This document shows positions 48,754-57,454 of a DNA stretch of 64,000 nt, in pieces (position 1 is the first letter of the stretch; each line of letters opens with the position of its first letter). Source of the DNA: an uncultured Acidobacteriota bacterium (lineage in GTDB: Bacteria > Acidobacteriota > Thermoanaerobaculia > Multivoradales > JAHEKO01); the NCBI GenBank assembly GCA_963713825.1, contig CAVQNG010000014.1, positions 32,001-96,000 of the forward strand. The letters run 5' to 3'. The position numbers and the translations under genes were made by a program. The notes beneath the pieces are model-generated. The model was not told the origin of the DNA. It ran no database searches and was given only the letters and a program-made list of their open reading frames with translations.

Positions 48754-49683
48754 ATGCAATTCGAAGGCATCTACACACCGGTGATCACGCCGATGGGGCC
48801 CGATCGGGAGATCGATGAGAAGGGGTGGGTCGAGGTGATCGAGCACCTTGTGGGGCAGGGGATGCATGGGTTGGTGCTGGGCGGTACGACTGGCGAGAAC
48901 TACGCGCTGACGACCAAGGAGCGTATCCGCCAATTTCAGTACGGCAACGAGGTGATTGCCGGGCGGGTGCCGTGGGTTGCCGGCGTCAACGACATCCGGA
49001 CCGAGGATGTCAGTGACTATGCGGTCGCTGCCCGAGAAGCCGGGGCCGCGGCGATCCTGCTGGCAGTGCCACCGTACTCGATACCCAACGACAAGGAGCT
49101 GGCACAGCATGCGTTGGCCGTTGACAAGGCCTGCGGCCTGCCGGTGATGTTGTACAACTACCCGGGACGATCGGGGACAGGGTTCGGGCGTGAGTTTCTC
49201 GAGAGGGTGAGTCGGAACAGTAACTTCACGGCGATCAAGGAGAGCAGCGGTGACCTCGACCGCATCCATATGATTGCCCGGGAGTTCCCCCATCTGCAGC
49301 TGAGCTGCGGCGCGGACGATCAAGCCCTGGAGTTCTTTGTCTGGGGAGCGCGCTCATGGGTCTGTGCTGCGGGGAACTTCCTTGGTGCCGAGTGCATCGC
49401 CCTCTATGAAACCTGCGTGCTGCAAGAGGACTTCGCCAAGGGACGCCGGATCATGAAGGCTCTGCTGCCGGTCATGACGGTGCTGGAGCGGGGCGGGAAG
49501 TTCGCACAATGCGTGAAGTATGGATGCGAAATGGATGGGCTGCCGGCGGGAACCGTGCGTTTGCCCCTGCGGCCGATGAAGAAGGAACTGAAACGTCAGA
49601 TGCGAGATGCGGTGTTGACGGCGCGGAAGACGATCAAGGGGATCTTGGCAGCATCGCCGGAGCCTGCAGCGCCAGCGAGCTGA
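48754..49683 (+). CDS. Dihydrodipicolinate synthase family (DapA-like) lyase/deaminase
   Basis: Start MQFEGIYTPVITP; GGTTGE, LYNYPGR, IKESSGD, CGADD. Confidence 0.9.
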   Translation: MQFEGIYTPVITPMGPDREIDEKGWVEVIEHLVGQGMHGLVLGGTTGENYALTTKERIRQFQYGNEVIAGRVPWVAGVNDIRTEDVSDYAVAAREAGAAAILLAVPPYSIPNDKELAQHALAVDKACGLPVMLYNYPGRSGTGFGREFLERVSRNSNFTAIKESSGDLDRIHMIAREFPHLQLSCGADDQALEFFVWGARSWVCAAGNFLGAECIALYETCVLQEDFAKGRRIMKALLPVMTVLERGGKFAQCVKYGCEMDGLPAGTVRLPLRPMKKELKRQMRDAVLTARKTIKGILAASPEPAAPAS

Positions 49684-49743
49684 GCCACCGAGAGGAATGA
49701 GGATCTCCCAGCCTGACGGGATCACACGGATAGGAGTTTTGGT

Positions 49744-51271
49744 ATGACGGATGTTCTGACGCGAGAAGAGTACGTTGGGGTCGCGAAGGCCATGACGTAT
49801 CCCGCCAGCTCGTGGATCAATGGGAAGTTCACGACCGCGAAGTCGGGGGAGACCTACGAATCGACGAACCCTGCCACCGGTGAAGTTCTGGCCAAGATCG
49901 CCTCTTGTGGGCGAAGAGGAGGTGGACTACGCGGTGAAGAAGGCACGACAGGCCTTCGATGCGGGAGTGTGGTCGCGGCTGCATCCGTCCGAGCGCAAAG
50001 ACATCATGATCCAGTGGGTCAAGCGCCTGAAGCGAGAGCGTTACGAGCTGACGGTTCTGGAGAGTCTCGAGAGCGGCAAGCCGGTCCGCGACATCGCCGA
50101 GATCGACCTCGAGGAGACGATCCACTGCCTGGCCTGGTATGCGGAGGCGGCCGACAAGCTGTTCGGCAAGATGACGCCATCGGGTGATGACGCCATGGGC
50201 CTGGTTGTACGAGAGCCGGTTGGCGTCGTGGGCTGCGTTCTGCCGTGGAATTTCCCGATGCTGATGTTCGCGTGGAAGGTCGGTCCAGCGCTGGCGGCGG
50301 GAAATAGCGTCATCGTCAAGGCCGCAAAGGAAACGAGCATGACGGCGGTGCGCCTGGCGGAACTGGCGAGTGAAGCGGGTGTTCCGGATGGCGTATTGAA
50401 CGTCGTGACCGGGCCCGGATCGAGGGTGGGGAAGGCGATTGGTACTCACGACGGAATCGACGCGGTTTCCTTCACGGGCTCGACCGAAATCGGTCGAGAG
50501 TTCTTGAAATACTCTGCAAACAGCAATCTAAAGAAGGTCACTCTCGAGCTCGGAGGCAAGAACCCGGCGGTGGTGCTGTCGGATGCCGAACACCTGGATG
50601 CGGTGGCCGAGCACGTGGTGAATGCCTGCTTCTGGAACATGGGGCAGAACTGCACCTCCAACAGTCGGCTCATCGTGCACAAGGACGTGAAGGAGGATCT
50701 GGTCGAGCGGATTCTCATCAAGGTTCGCGAATGGCGCACGGGTGATCCGCTGGAGCCGTCGAATCGGTTCGGCTCGATGGTGTCGAAAGAGCACTTCGAC
50801 AAAGTCATGGGCTACATCGAGACCGGGAAGAAGGAGGGCGCGACCCTTCTGCTCGGGGGCGAGCCGATGGAGGAGGGAAGTGGCCTCTTCATTCCACCGA
50901 CGATCTTCGACGACGTGACGCCCGAGATGACCATCTACAAGGAGGAGATCTTCGGGCCGGTTCTGGCCATCACGACCGCCGGCAGCGACGACGAGGCGCT
51001 GCTGCTCGGCAACGACACCTGCTACGGACTTCAGGCGTCGCTCTTCAGTGGGGGGCTGCGGAATGCCCTGCGTGGGGCCCGAGAGCTCAAGGCCGGCACC
51101 GTCTCGGTGAACAGCTACACCGAAGGCGACATCACGACACCCTTCGGCGGCATGAAGCTGTCTGGCTTCGGCGGCCGCGACAACGGGCTCGAGGCCTTCG
51201 ACCAATACCTCGAAACGAAGACGATCTGGCTCGACCTGAGCGACTACGAGGTCGACGCCGAGCTGGACTGA
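49744..51271 (+). pseudogene. Aldehyde dehydrogenase (PuuC-like) with one +1 frameshift at 49909-49911 (possible sequencing error)
   Basis: NPATGEVLAKIASC joins GEEEVDYAV after removing one G; PWNFP, FTGS, ELGGK, GQNC, EEIFGP, PFGG.K.SG. Confidence 0.82.
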
Positions 51272-51275
51272 CCCC

Positions 51276-51972
51276 TCAACCCTCCTTCCAGGGATTGGTC
51301 GCAAAGACGGCGAACTCGGGCCATAGAGCCCGGCGCTCGGCCGAGATCGCGGAGAGAATCGCGTCGGCGATATCGGAGGCGTAGAGCTTGTTGGGATTGT
51401 TGCGACCGACCTTGCCACCCCAGGCGGTCTGGACCTCGGAAGGGCACACGCAGATAACGCGGATGTCGTGCGGGCGTAGCTCAGCCTGCCAGCACTGACT
51501 CAACTCCTCGCACGGCCCACTTGCTTGCCGAGTAGGCGGTGCCGTGGGCGTGGCCCTTGATCCCCGAGGTCGAGGCGATGTTGACGATGTCGCCGCTGCC
51601 CTGCGCTTTCATCATGGGAACAACGCGGTTGGTCAAGTCGACCATTCCGAAAACGTTGGTGTTGAACAGGGCCTTCATGGCGTCCATGTCGACCTCGCCG
51701 ATCTCAGCCATGTAGCCGTAGCCGGCATTGTTGACCAACACGTCGATGCCGCCCATTCGCTCCTGACAAGCCTCGACTGTACGAGCGTTGTCCTCGGCGA
51801 TAGAGACATCAGCCTGCACTCCGTGTGCTCCCGTCTCCGCGGCCACCTGTTCGATCAACTCTTCATTGCGCCCGGTGAAGACGACTTCGCCACCGCTCTT
51901 TCGGGCCGCTTCGACAATCGCGGCTCCGATCCCCTGACTGCCGCCGGTAATCAAGTATCGTGTCCCTGCCAT
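51276..51972 (-). pseudogene. Classical SDR oxidoreductase with one frameshift at ~51504 (possible sequencing error)
   Basis: TGGSQGIG, NNAG, YSASKWAVRG then LSQCWQAELRPHDIRV in the next frame. Confidence 0.8.
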
Positions 51973-52023
51973 GAGGTTTCTCCTTTGTTGATGAGGGCCG
52001 ATCTTACAGCGTCGCGATCGGCA

Positions 52024-52422
52024 CTAGGCCAACTCGATGGGGCAGACCTGGCTCATGCGCTCGAAGTCGCGATCCGTGGTGAGCAACTGACAATCGTTCT
52101 CGATCGCGCTCGCTGCGATGTGACAGTCGATGGTAGAGGCACCCAGGCCATGATCTCGACATTGCCGATAGAGTCGCGCAGCTACCCGGCAGAGGCTGGA
52201 TTCGACGGGGAGGAGTGGAAAAGGCTCGAAGTAATCGGCGATCTGGGAAGCCACCTTCTCACTTCGGAAAGCCTGCAGAATCTCCTGCAGGATCAAGGCT
52301 GTCAGAAACAGGTCCTCCCCGGTGTCCAGATAGCGACGCAGCTTCCTCACCGCTGGATGTTCGGCCGGACCGCCGCGGCGCAGAGCCAGCGACCATACCG
52401 AGGTATCGACGAGAATCCTCAC
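52024..52422 (-). CDS. vapC: PIN-domain toxin (VapC family)
   Basis: ILVDTSVWS, ILQE.L, TIDCHIA, LLTTDRDF; GTG start overlaps the antitoxin stop. Confidence 0.9.
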   Translation of the reverse strand: MRILVDTSVWSLALRRGGPAEHPAVRKLRRYLDTGEDLFLTALILQEILQAFRSEKVASQIADYFEPFPLLPVESSLCRVAARLYRQCRDHGLGASTIDCHIAASAIENDCQLLTTDRDFERMSQVCPIELA

Positions 52423-52619
52423 CGTCTCTGCCGCTCCTTCTTGTGGTCGTACTCGGCATCCCAATCGACCCGGCCGAAGAGGCTGACGATTTCACGGCGC
52501 TTGCGCCGCGCTACGTACTCTTCCAGCGCCTCGTTGACGGCCTGCCTCTTGGTGCGGTGGCCCCCGAGTCTGCGGGCTTCATCGATCAGTTCGTCGTCGA
52601 GGGCGAGATTGGTGGGCAT
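52419..52619 (-). CDS. vapB: VapB-family antitoxin
   Basis: MPTNLALDDELIDEA..LGGH.TKR.AV..AL.EY; AGGAG RBS. Confidence 0.9.
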   Translation of the reverse strand: MPTNLALDDELIDEARRLGGHRTKRQAVNEALEEYVARRKRREIVSLFGRVDWDAEYDHKKERQRR

Positions 52620-52633
52620 GTGGGTGGCTCCTT

Positions 52634-52664
52634 TTACACATTAACTTACACATAATATCACACA
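52634..52664. promoter_or_regulatory. Probable vapBC operator: three direct repeats, period 12
   Basis: TTACACA (52634), TTACACA (52646), TCACACA (52658) in an AT-rich patch upstream of vapB. Confidence 0.55.
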
Positions 52665-52775
52665 ACATCTCGGCTCGCACTGAGCTGCTGAGGTGGCAGC
52701 TACAGGAAAAGACGAACTCTGCGGTTGGATACTTGTGGCGAGAGCTCAGGCTGAAGGCTCGAGGCGAGTCGCCGG

Positions 52776-53672
52776 TCAGGCCGGCGCCAGCTCGCCTCGT
52801 CGCCTCCAGAACAGCCAGGCAACCAGGGCGATGGCGGCGACCGTGACAACACCGAACTCACCGACCAGGTACTGTGCCGTGCCCTCCGATGTGGTGAGTC
52901 GATCGAAGAAGCTCTGAATGAAGGCATTGTGGCTGGCATGAAGAAGCACTGCCGTCCACAGACTCCCCGATTTGAGGCGCAACCAAGCGAAGATGAAGCT
53001 AGCGGCAATCGCCATCAGCGAAAATGTGACCAGGCTGAAAGCGGCCGATCCGCTCTGATAGCCGGCGACGAGAATCAGCGGCCAGTGCCAGGTCGCCCAG
53101 ATGAGGCCAGAGATCCAGGAGGTGTTTGTATAGGAGGTAACTTCCGCCAGCCTCGGGACCAGCAATCCGCGCCAACCGATCTCCTCGCCGAGGGCGAACA
53201 GGAGGTTGAAGAACATGCCGCGTGTCGCGATCAGCAAGAAGAATACGCCGAGTACGGCGCCATCAGACCCGAATGTCCATCCCCAGCGCTCGTCGAGTCG
53301 TTCGGCGATCTGCCCAAGCATCTCGTGGTCGAAGAACGCTCCGCCACTCGCCAGCCAGGCCAGACCATAGGCCAAGGCCGCATAGAGAAGCGGCGTCCCG
53401 TAGCTGGCCAGCAGGTACCGTGGCTTGCCCAGCCCCCACCCGAGTCCCCGGAGATTCCGCTGGAAGGCAAACCGGGTGATCAGTGCCGCGACCCCCGGGC
53501 ACCACATCAGTCCTAGAATGAGGAGAGCACCCGCAGCTTCGAGGTCCCCCGCCGCGATGATCTTGTAGTAGAAGATCGAGCTCAGGCCGAGGGTGAGCAA
53601 TAGGAAGGTGATGATTTCCCGCCAAGCCCCGCCTGTGTGGGTGTGCTGGGATTCTTCAGTAGAGGCCCTCAT
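52776..53672 (-). CDS. CPBP family intramembrane metalloprotease
   Basis: GEEIGWRG, WATWH, LLHASHN; multiple TM helices. Confidence 0.9.
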   Translation of the reverse strand: MRASTEESQHTHTGGAWREIITFLLLTLGLSSIFYYKIIAAGDLEAAGALLILGLMWCPGVAALITRFAFQRNLRGLGWGLGKPRYLLASYGTPLLYAALAYGLAWLASGGAFFDHEMLGQIAERLDERWGWTFGSDGAVLGVFFLLIATRGMFFNLLFALGEEIGWRGLLVPRLAEVTSYTNTSWISGLIWATWHWPLILVAGYQSGSAAFSLVTFSLMAIAASFIFAWLRLKSGSLWTAVLLHASHNAFIQSFFDRLTTSEGTAQYLVGEFGVVTVAAIALVAWLFWRRRGELAPA

Positions 53673-54077
53673 AGACTGCCTTACGACCCTGAGATGAGTC
53701 GTGTTTCACTAACTACTCGGGACTATTGCGACGAGGCTAACCAGGCCGAAGTGTCGCCGGTTTCAAAGCAGTCGAGGAATACCCGTCATCGGCAGTCCTG
53801 AATTGATGGACACCCAGCTTTTGCCGTCGGCCCGAGATCAAAAGATCCCTTTTCCAGTGGCGGTAACGAGGTACCCACCATGAGCCTCCAAGTCGTTGAT
53901 CTGCGATGTCACCGGACCCTCGAATCTCTGCCATTGAGCGAAGACAAGAGACGACGTCGACGCCAAAAGCACGGCTCCAAACACAAGCGCCGGCAGGGAC
54001 CCCAACCGAACCCCCAGATCCGAAGGTGCGAAGCTGAAACCTGCGAGGCCCGAGACCAGAGATCTCAGGATGGACGG

Positions 54078-54792
54078 CTACCACTCCACCATTTCGATCG
54101 CACCTCCGTCCAGGAGTTGGGCTGTCGCGTTCGCAGCGGTGGATGGAAATTTGCCTTTGTGAGAAATGGCAAGGCATGACCCCCTTCCTGGCATACGAGA
54201 GAGGAATCCGTGGATCGCGAAGACCACGTAGGGGCCAATCTCGACCGTCCCGCTCGACCGGAATCTCTGGTAGGACGTCCGCGGCTTCAAATGGATCGAA
54301 CACCCCTTCCAGAGCCTGTGTCAGCTTCATGGGAAAACGAGCTTCGAGATCCTTGCCAAGAGGAACCTGCGTCACGTCACCCGCCGCCATGAGGAGCGTC
54401 TCACCGCGGATCAAAGAGATGGCAAGATCAGCGGAAGACGATCTCGAGAGGTGAATCAGGTCGCCTGGTTGGCGGGCAGACATCACCTGCGTGTCGACGA
54501 AGAAGGATGCCGATGCGACCGACGCCAAGTGGCGACTTGGTGCGGTCAGCTTGATTCGACTTCGTAGAATATTGGGAAGCCAAACTCCTCGATCCCAGCC
54601 GGGGTTCGGCGTGGGGCCAGCGTCCTCGATTTGCATGTGAGGGGTATGCCCTACAAGGCGATGGTCCTGAAGCTTGCGCCCTGAGAGTTTGACGAGGTAG
54701 GTCAGCCGGGCCTCACACGACCCGCCCGAGTTTTCCCAATCCACAGGTATCTCGGCAACATAGTCGAACGTGCCACTGATGAGCATGACCAT
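54078..54792 (-). pseudogene. Hypothetical protein, probably frameshifted at ~54245-54260
   Basis: GAGG RBS before ATG 54792. Protein-like until PEIPVE; the protein-like continuation TVEIGPYVVFAIHGF...AIEMVEW is in another frame. Confidence 0.4.
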
Positions 54793-54859
54793 GGTTCACC
54801 TCTATAGCTGTGCTGTCAAAAAGGAGGGTTGATGTAGTCGCTGAGCCGTGCCGCTCCCT

Positions 54860-54983
54860 TCAGTACTCCAACCCGATTCGCAGCATCAGGCGGCGGGGTT
54901 TGACCCACATTCTGGGCACGAACTCGTCGCCTTCATTGAGCACGTAGTCACCGAACTGGACAACCGCAGAGCTGTTGAGCAGG
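54860..54983 (-). pseudogene. Orphan 3' fragment of a TonB-dependent receptor gene
   Basis: LLNSSAVVQFGDYVLNEGDEFVPRMWVKPRRLMLRIGLEY* aligns without gaps to the end of the 783-3584 receptor (LLNSAEVDYFETTLLEYPDDFRPNWWVKPRRLQLHLGVEW*). Confidence 0.75.
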
Positions 54984-55214
54984 GATCTCGAAAGAACCGA
55001 AGAAAAGACTTGACAAGATTTTCGCGTCATTTTTCGGAGCCTCTGAGGTCGACCCTTGAAAGAGTCTGTGTGGCCCTGGGTGACTTCCTGCGTGGCGTAC
55101 CTCGCGATGCGTGACGAAAATGCCTCGAGGCCCCTCGATCGTGCGCCAGAAGACATCCTAAAGCGTTGAAAATAGTAGGTTTATAATGGTGCGTGACTCC
55201 TGGAGAGAACGCTC

Positions 55215-56537
55215 ATGATCGAACCTATTGCTACCCCGACTACGAAATCACAACTCGGCCCTGGAACTTCGGAGGTCGACCAGCTCGGCGATCGAATCGC
55301 CGAGCTCTCGGCCCAGATCCAGGCTGCCACCTACCACCTGCTGGTCCTGATCCGGGAGTTCGACGAGAAGAGCGGTTGGAACACCGGCTTTCGCTCCTGT
55401 GCCCATTGGCTCAACTGGCGCACTGGGCTCGACCTGGGCGCGGCCCGGGAGAAGGTACGAGTGGCCAAGGCCCTGGGCGAGTTGCCGCTTCTTTCCGAGG
55501 CGATGGGTTGTGGGGAGCTCTCCTACTCCAAGGTCAGGGCCCTGACCCGAGTGGCGACCCGTGAGAACGAGGCGGAGCTCCTCGAATTCGCTCGGGCTGG
55601 AACGGCCGCCCATGTGGAGAAGCTGGTGCGGGCCTGGCGCCGTGTCGATCGGCAGGACGAGGTCCACCGAGAGAATCTACGTCACGCCAGCCGCTACCTG
55701 GCGGCCACCACGGATTACGACGGCATGATCGTGCTACGGGCACGATTGGACCCGGAAGTGGGAGCCGCTCTGCTGAAAGCTCTGGAGGCAGCCGAGCAGG
55801 TGCTCTATGACAGAGAGCGGGAGACCAAGGACGAGCGAGGCGATGGAATCGCGGTCCGCCAGCGACGAGCGGATGCCATAGGTCTTGTCGCCGAAAGTGC
55901 GCTGGATGGCGGGATGGACCAAGGAACTCGGGCCGAGCGCTTGCAGGTGGTGGTGCATGTCGACGAGGAGGTTCTGGCCGATCCGCAAGCCGCAGGGGTG
56001 TCCATGCTGGAGGACGGCACAGACGTTTCCGCGGAAACGTCCCGGAGGCTCTCCTGCGATGCCGGCAAGGTGGTCATGAAACACGATTCCGAGGGCAATA
56101 TCCTCGATGTCGGCCGTCGAACTCGCACGATTCCCACCCCGATTCGCCGCGCTCTGACCGCCAGGGACGAAGGCTGCCAGTTTCCGGGCTGCGGATTGAA
56201 GCATTGCGAGGCTCACCACCTCAAACACTGGGCCGACGGAGGAAAGACCAGCCTCGAAAACCTGGTTCTGCTGTGTCGCCGTCACCATCGCGCCGTGCAC
56301 GAAGAGGGATACCGCATCGAGCACATTGGGGATGGCGGGCTGCGCTTCTTCCGACCCCAGGGCTGGGAGATTCCGAGCGTTCCTCCGCCACCACCCCTGG
56401 TCGAGGACCCCTTGGCGGAGCTCGAGAGCCTGCTCGACGAGGAAGACATCTCGATCGACTCCCACACAGGGTTTCCGCGCTGGCAGGGAGAGCGACTCGA
56501 CCTCAACTGGGCGGTCCAGGGCTATCGACAGCTGTGA
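55215..56537 (+). CDS. DUF222 (13E12-repeat family) HNH endonuclease
   Basis: G..SCAHWL.W..G, GELSYSKVRA, VSAET.RRL.CD, LDVGR.TR, RD.GCQFPGC...HH..HW..GG.T...NL..LC..HH...H (intact HNH with Zn ligands). Confidence 0.92.
   Translation: MIEPIATPTTKSQLGPGTSEVDQLGDRIAELSAQIQAATYHLLVLIREFDEKSGWNTGFRSCAHWLNWRTGLDLGAAREKVRVAKALGELPLLSEAMGCGELSYSKVRALTRVATRENEAELLEFARAGTAAHVEKLVRAWRRVDRQDEVHRENLRHASRYLAATTDYDGMIVLRARLDPEVGAALLKALEAAEQVLYDRERETKDERGDGIAVRQRRADAIGLVAESALDGGMDQGTRAERLQVVVHVDEEVLADPQAAGVSMLEDGTDVSAETSRRLSCDAGKVVMKHDSEGNILDVGRRTRTIPTPIRRALTARDEGCQFPGCGLKHCEAHHLKHWADGGKTSLENLVLLCRRHHRAVHEEGYRIEHIGDGGLRFFRPQGWEIPSVPPPPPLVEDPLAELESLLDEEDISIDSHTGFPRWQGERLDLNWAVQGYRQL
56022..56041. repeat. 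Perfect 20-bp palindrome, copy 1 (inside the HNH gene, encodes DVSAETS)
   Basis: GACGTTTCCGCGGAAACGTC. Confidence 0.95.
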
Positions 56538-56544
56538 CGGACCC

Positions 56545-56564
56545 GGCGTTTCCGCGGAAACGTC
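56545..56564. repeat. Palindrome copy 2 (7 bp after the HNH gene stop codon)
   Basis: GGCGTTTCCGCGGAAACGTC, 19/20 identical to copy 1. Confidence 0.95.
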
Positions 56565-56618
56565 TGCGCACCCTCCTCAGGGCGCCCGAATCGGCTGGCA
56601 CCGTTCCCGATCCCCGAG

Positions 56619-56957
56619 TCACAGCGCCAGTACCAGGCGAATACCCTCATCAATGCGAGTCATCGCTTGGGTTGTCAGGCGACCGACCGGTTTAGAGAGA
56701 AAGGAGCGGTCGAGTGTGAGCAGCTGCGACACATTCACAACCGAGTCCTTGGGGAGCCAGCTGGTCTTCTTCTTCAGCAATACGTTGCCGGGAGAATCTG
56801 CCAGGCGTAGGTTCGATGTAATGACCGCGACGACAACGGTCTGAATCCGGCTGGCATTGAAGGCGTCGGATTGCACGATGAGGACAGGCCGGCGAAGCCC
56901 AGGGCCAGAGCCCTGAGGCCGGGGGAGTGAGGCCCACCGGATCTCCCCCCGCTGCAC
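56619..56957 (-). CDS. mazF: PemK/MazF family endoribonuclease toxin
   Basis: QRGEIRWA.L..P.GS.PG.RRPVLIVQSD.FN, VITSN, DSVVNVSQ..TLD. Confidence 0.92.
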   Translation of the reverse strand: MQRGEIRWASLPRPQGSGPGLRRPVLIVQSDAFNASRIQTVVVAVITSNLRLADSPGNVLLKKKTSWLPKDSVVNVSQLLTLDRSFLSKPVGRLTTQAMTRIDEGIRLVLAL

Positions 56958-57193
56958 TACCAGTCCTCGGAATCCAGCGTAGCGAGTTGCAGGGTGTCGA
57001 GGATGGGATCGACTCGCGCTGGCTCGTCGCTGTAGATCTGGTTGAGACTCTCGGTGACTTCAAGGTGTTGATGCTCGGCCACGAAACACCGAACTGCCGT
57101 GGCATAGAGTCGGCTCCGGGAAAGACCCAAGCGTTGGGCAAGTTGCTCGGCTGCCTCGTAGACCTGGTCAGGAATCGAGATCGCGGTTTTCAT
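56957..57193 (-). CDS. RHH-type antitoxin (ChpI-like)
   Basis: MKTAISIPD..Y..AE.LA..LG.SRS.LY..AV; 1-nt overlap with the toxin gene. Confidence 0.88.
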   Translation of the reverse strand: MKTAISIPDQVYEAAEQLAQRLGLSRSRLYATAVRCFVAEHQHLEVTESLNQIYSDEPARVDPILDTLQLATLDSEDW

Positions 57194-57198
57194 GTCTA

Positions 57199-57220
57199 TA
57201 GTATAACCAAAGTTATACTA
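57199..57220 (-). promoter_or_regulatory. Operator palindrome overlapping a -10 box (probable leaderless transcript)
   Basis: TAGTATAAC-CAAA-GTTATACTA; on the minus strand TATACT lies 6 nt before the ATG and no SD is present. Confidence 0.65.
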
Positions 57221-57434
57221 ATGAGTCAGTGATGGAGCTGAGCTGATCCGACAGCCTGGAATCGAGCCGGGAAACAGTACCCCGGAGCTTTCTAGATCTT
57301 GGTCTATCTGTATGGAGCTTCGTTACGCTTCAGGTTGTGGATCGTCAGGAGTCCACCCTGACACCCAGTCGTAGCAAAGGCCTGTTGATATCCCCGAACC
57401 GTCGCAGAATCGGCTGCCCCCTATTCGCAGTTCC

Positions 57435-57454
57435 GACGTTTCCGCGGAAACGTC
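57435..57454. repeat. Perfect 20-bp palindrome, copy 3 (intergenic)
   Basis: GACGTTTCCGCGGAAACGTC, identical to copy 1; followed by hairpin GGCGGGG-GCAAA-CCCCGCC (57459-57477). Confidence 0.95.

Noticed and set aside
47795-51510. Programmed ribosomal frameshifting in the broken genes
   Set aside because: No slippery heptamers or stimulatory structures seen, and these families are not known to use recoding; indel error or decay is simpler.
55166-55187. TTGAAA...TATAAT as a sigma70 promoter for the HNH gene
   Set aside because: The spacer is only 10 bp. The -10 may be real, but this pairing is not supportable.
56471-56479. GTTTCCGCG half-site near the end of the HNH gene
   Set aside because: Only a half match and explicable by the GFPR codons; not counted as a fourth copy.
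56022-57454. The three palindromes as a CRISPR array
   Set aside because: Spacing is 523 and 890 bp, one copy is inside a CDS, and no cas genes are present.
56022-57454. The palindromes as chromosomal parS sites or integron attC sites
   Set aside because: The central 4 bp differ from parS (CGCG vs ACGT) and no parAB or origin genes are nearby. There are no RYYYAAC/GTTRRRY ends and no integrase.
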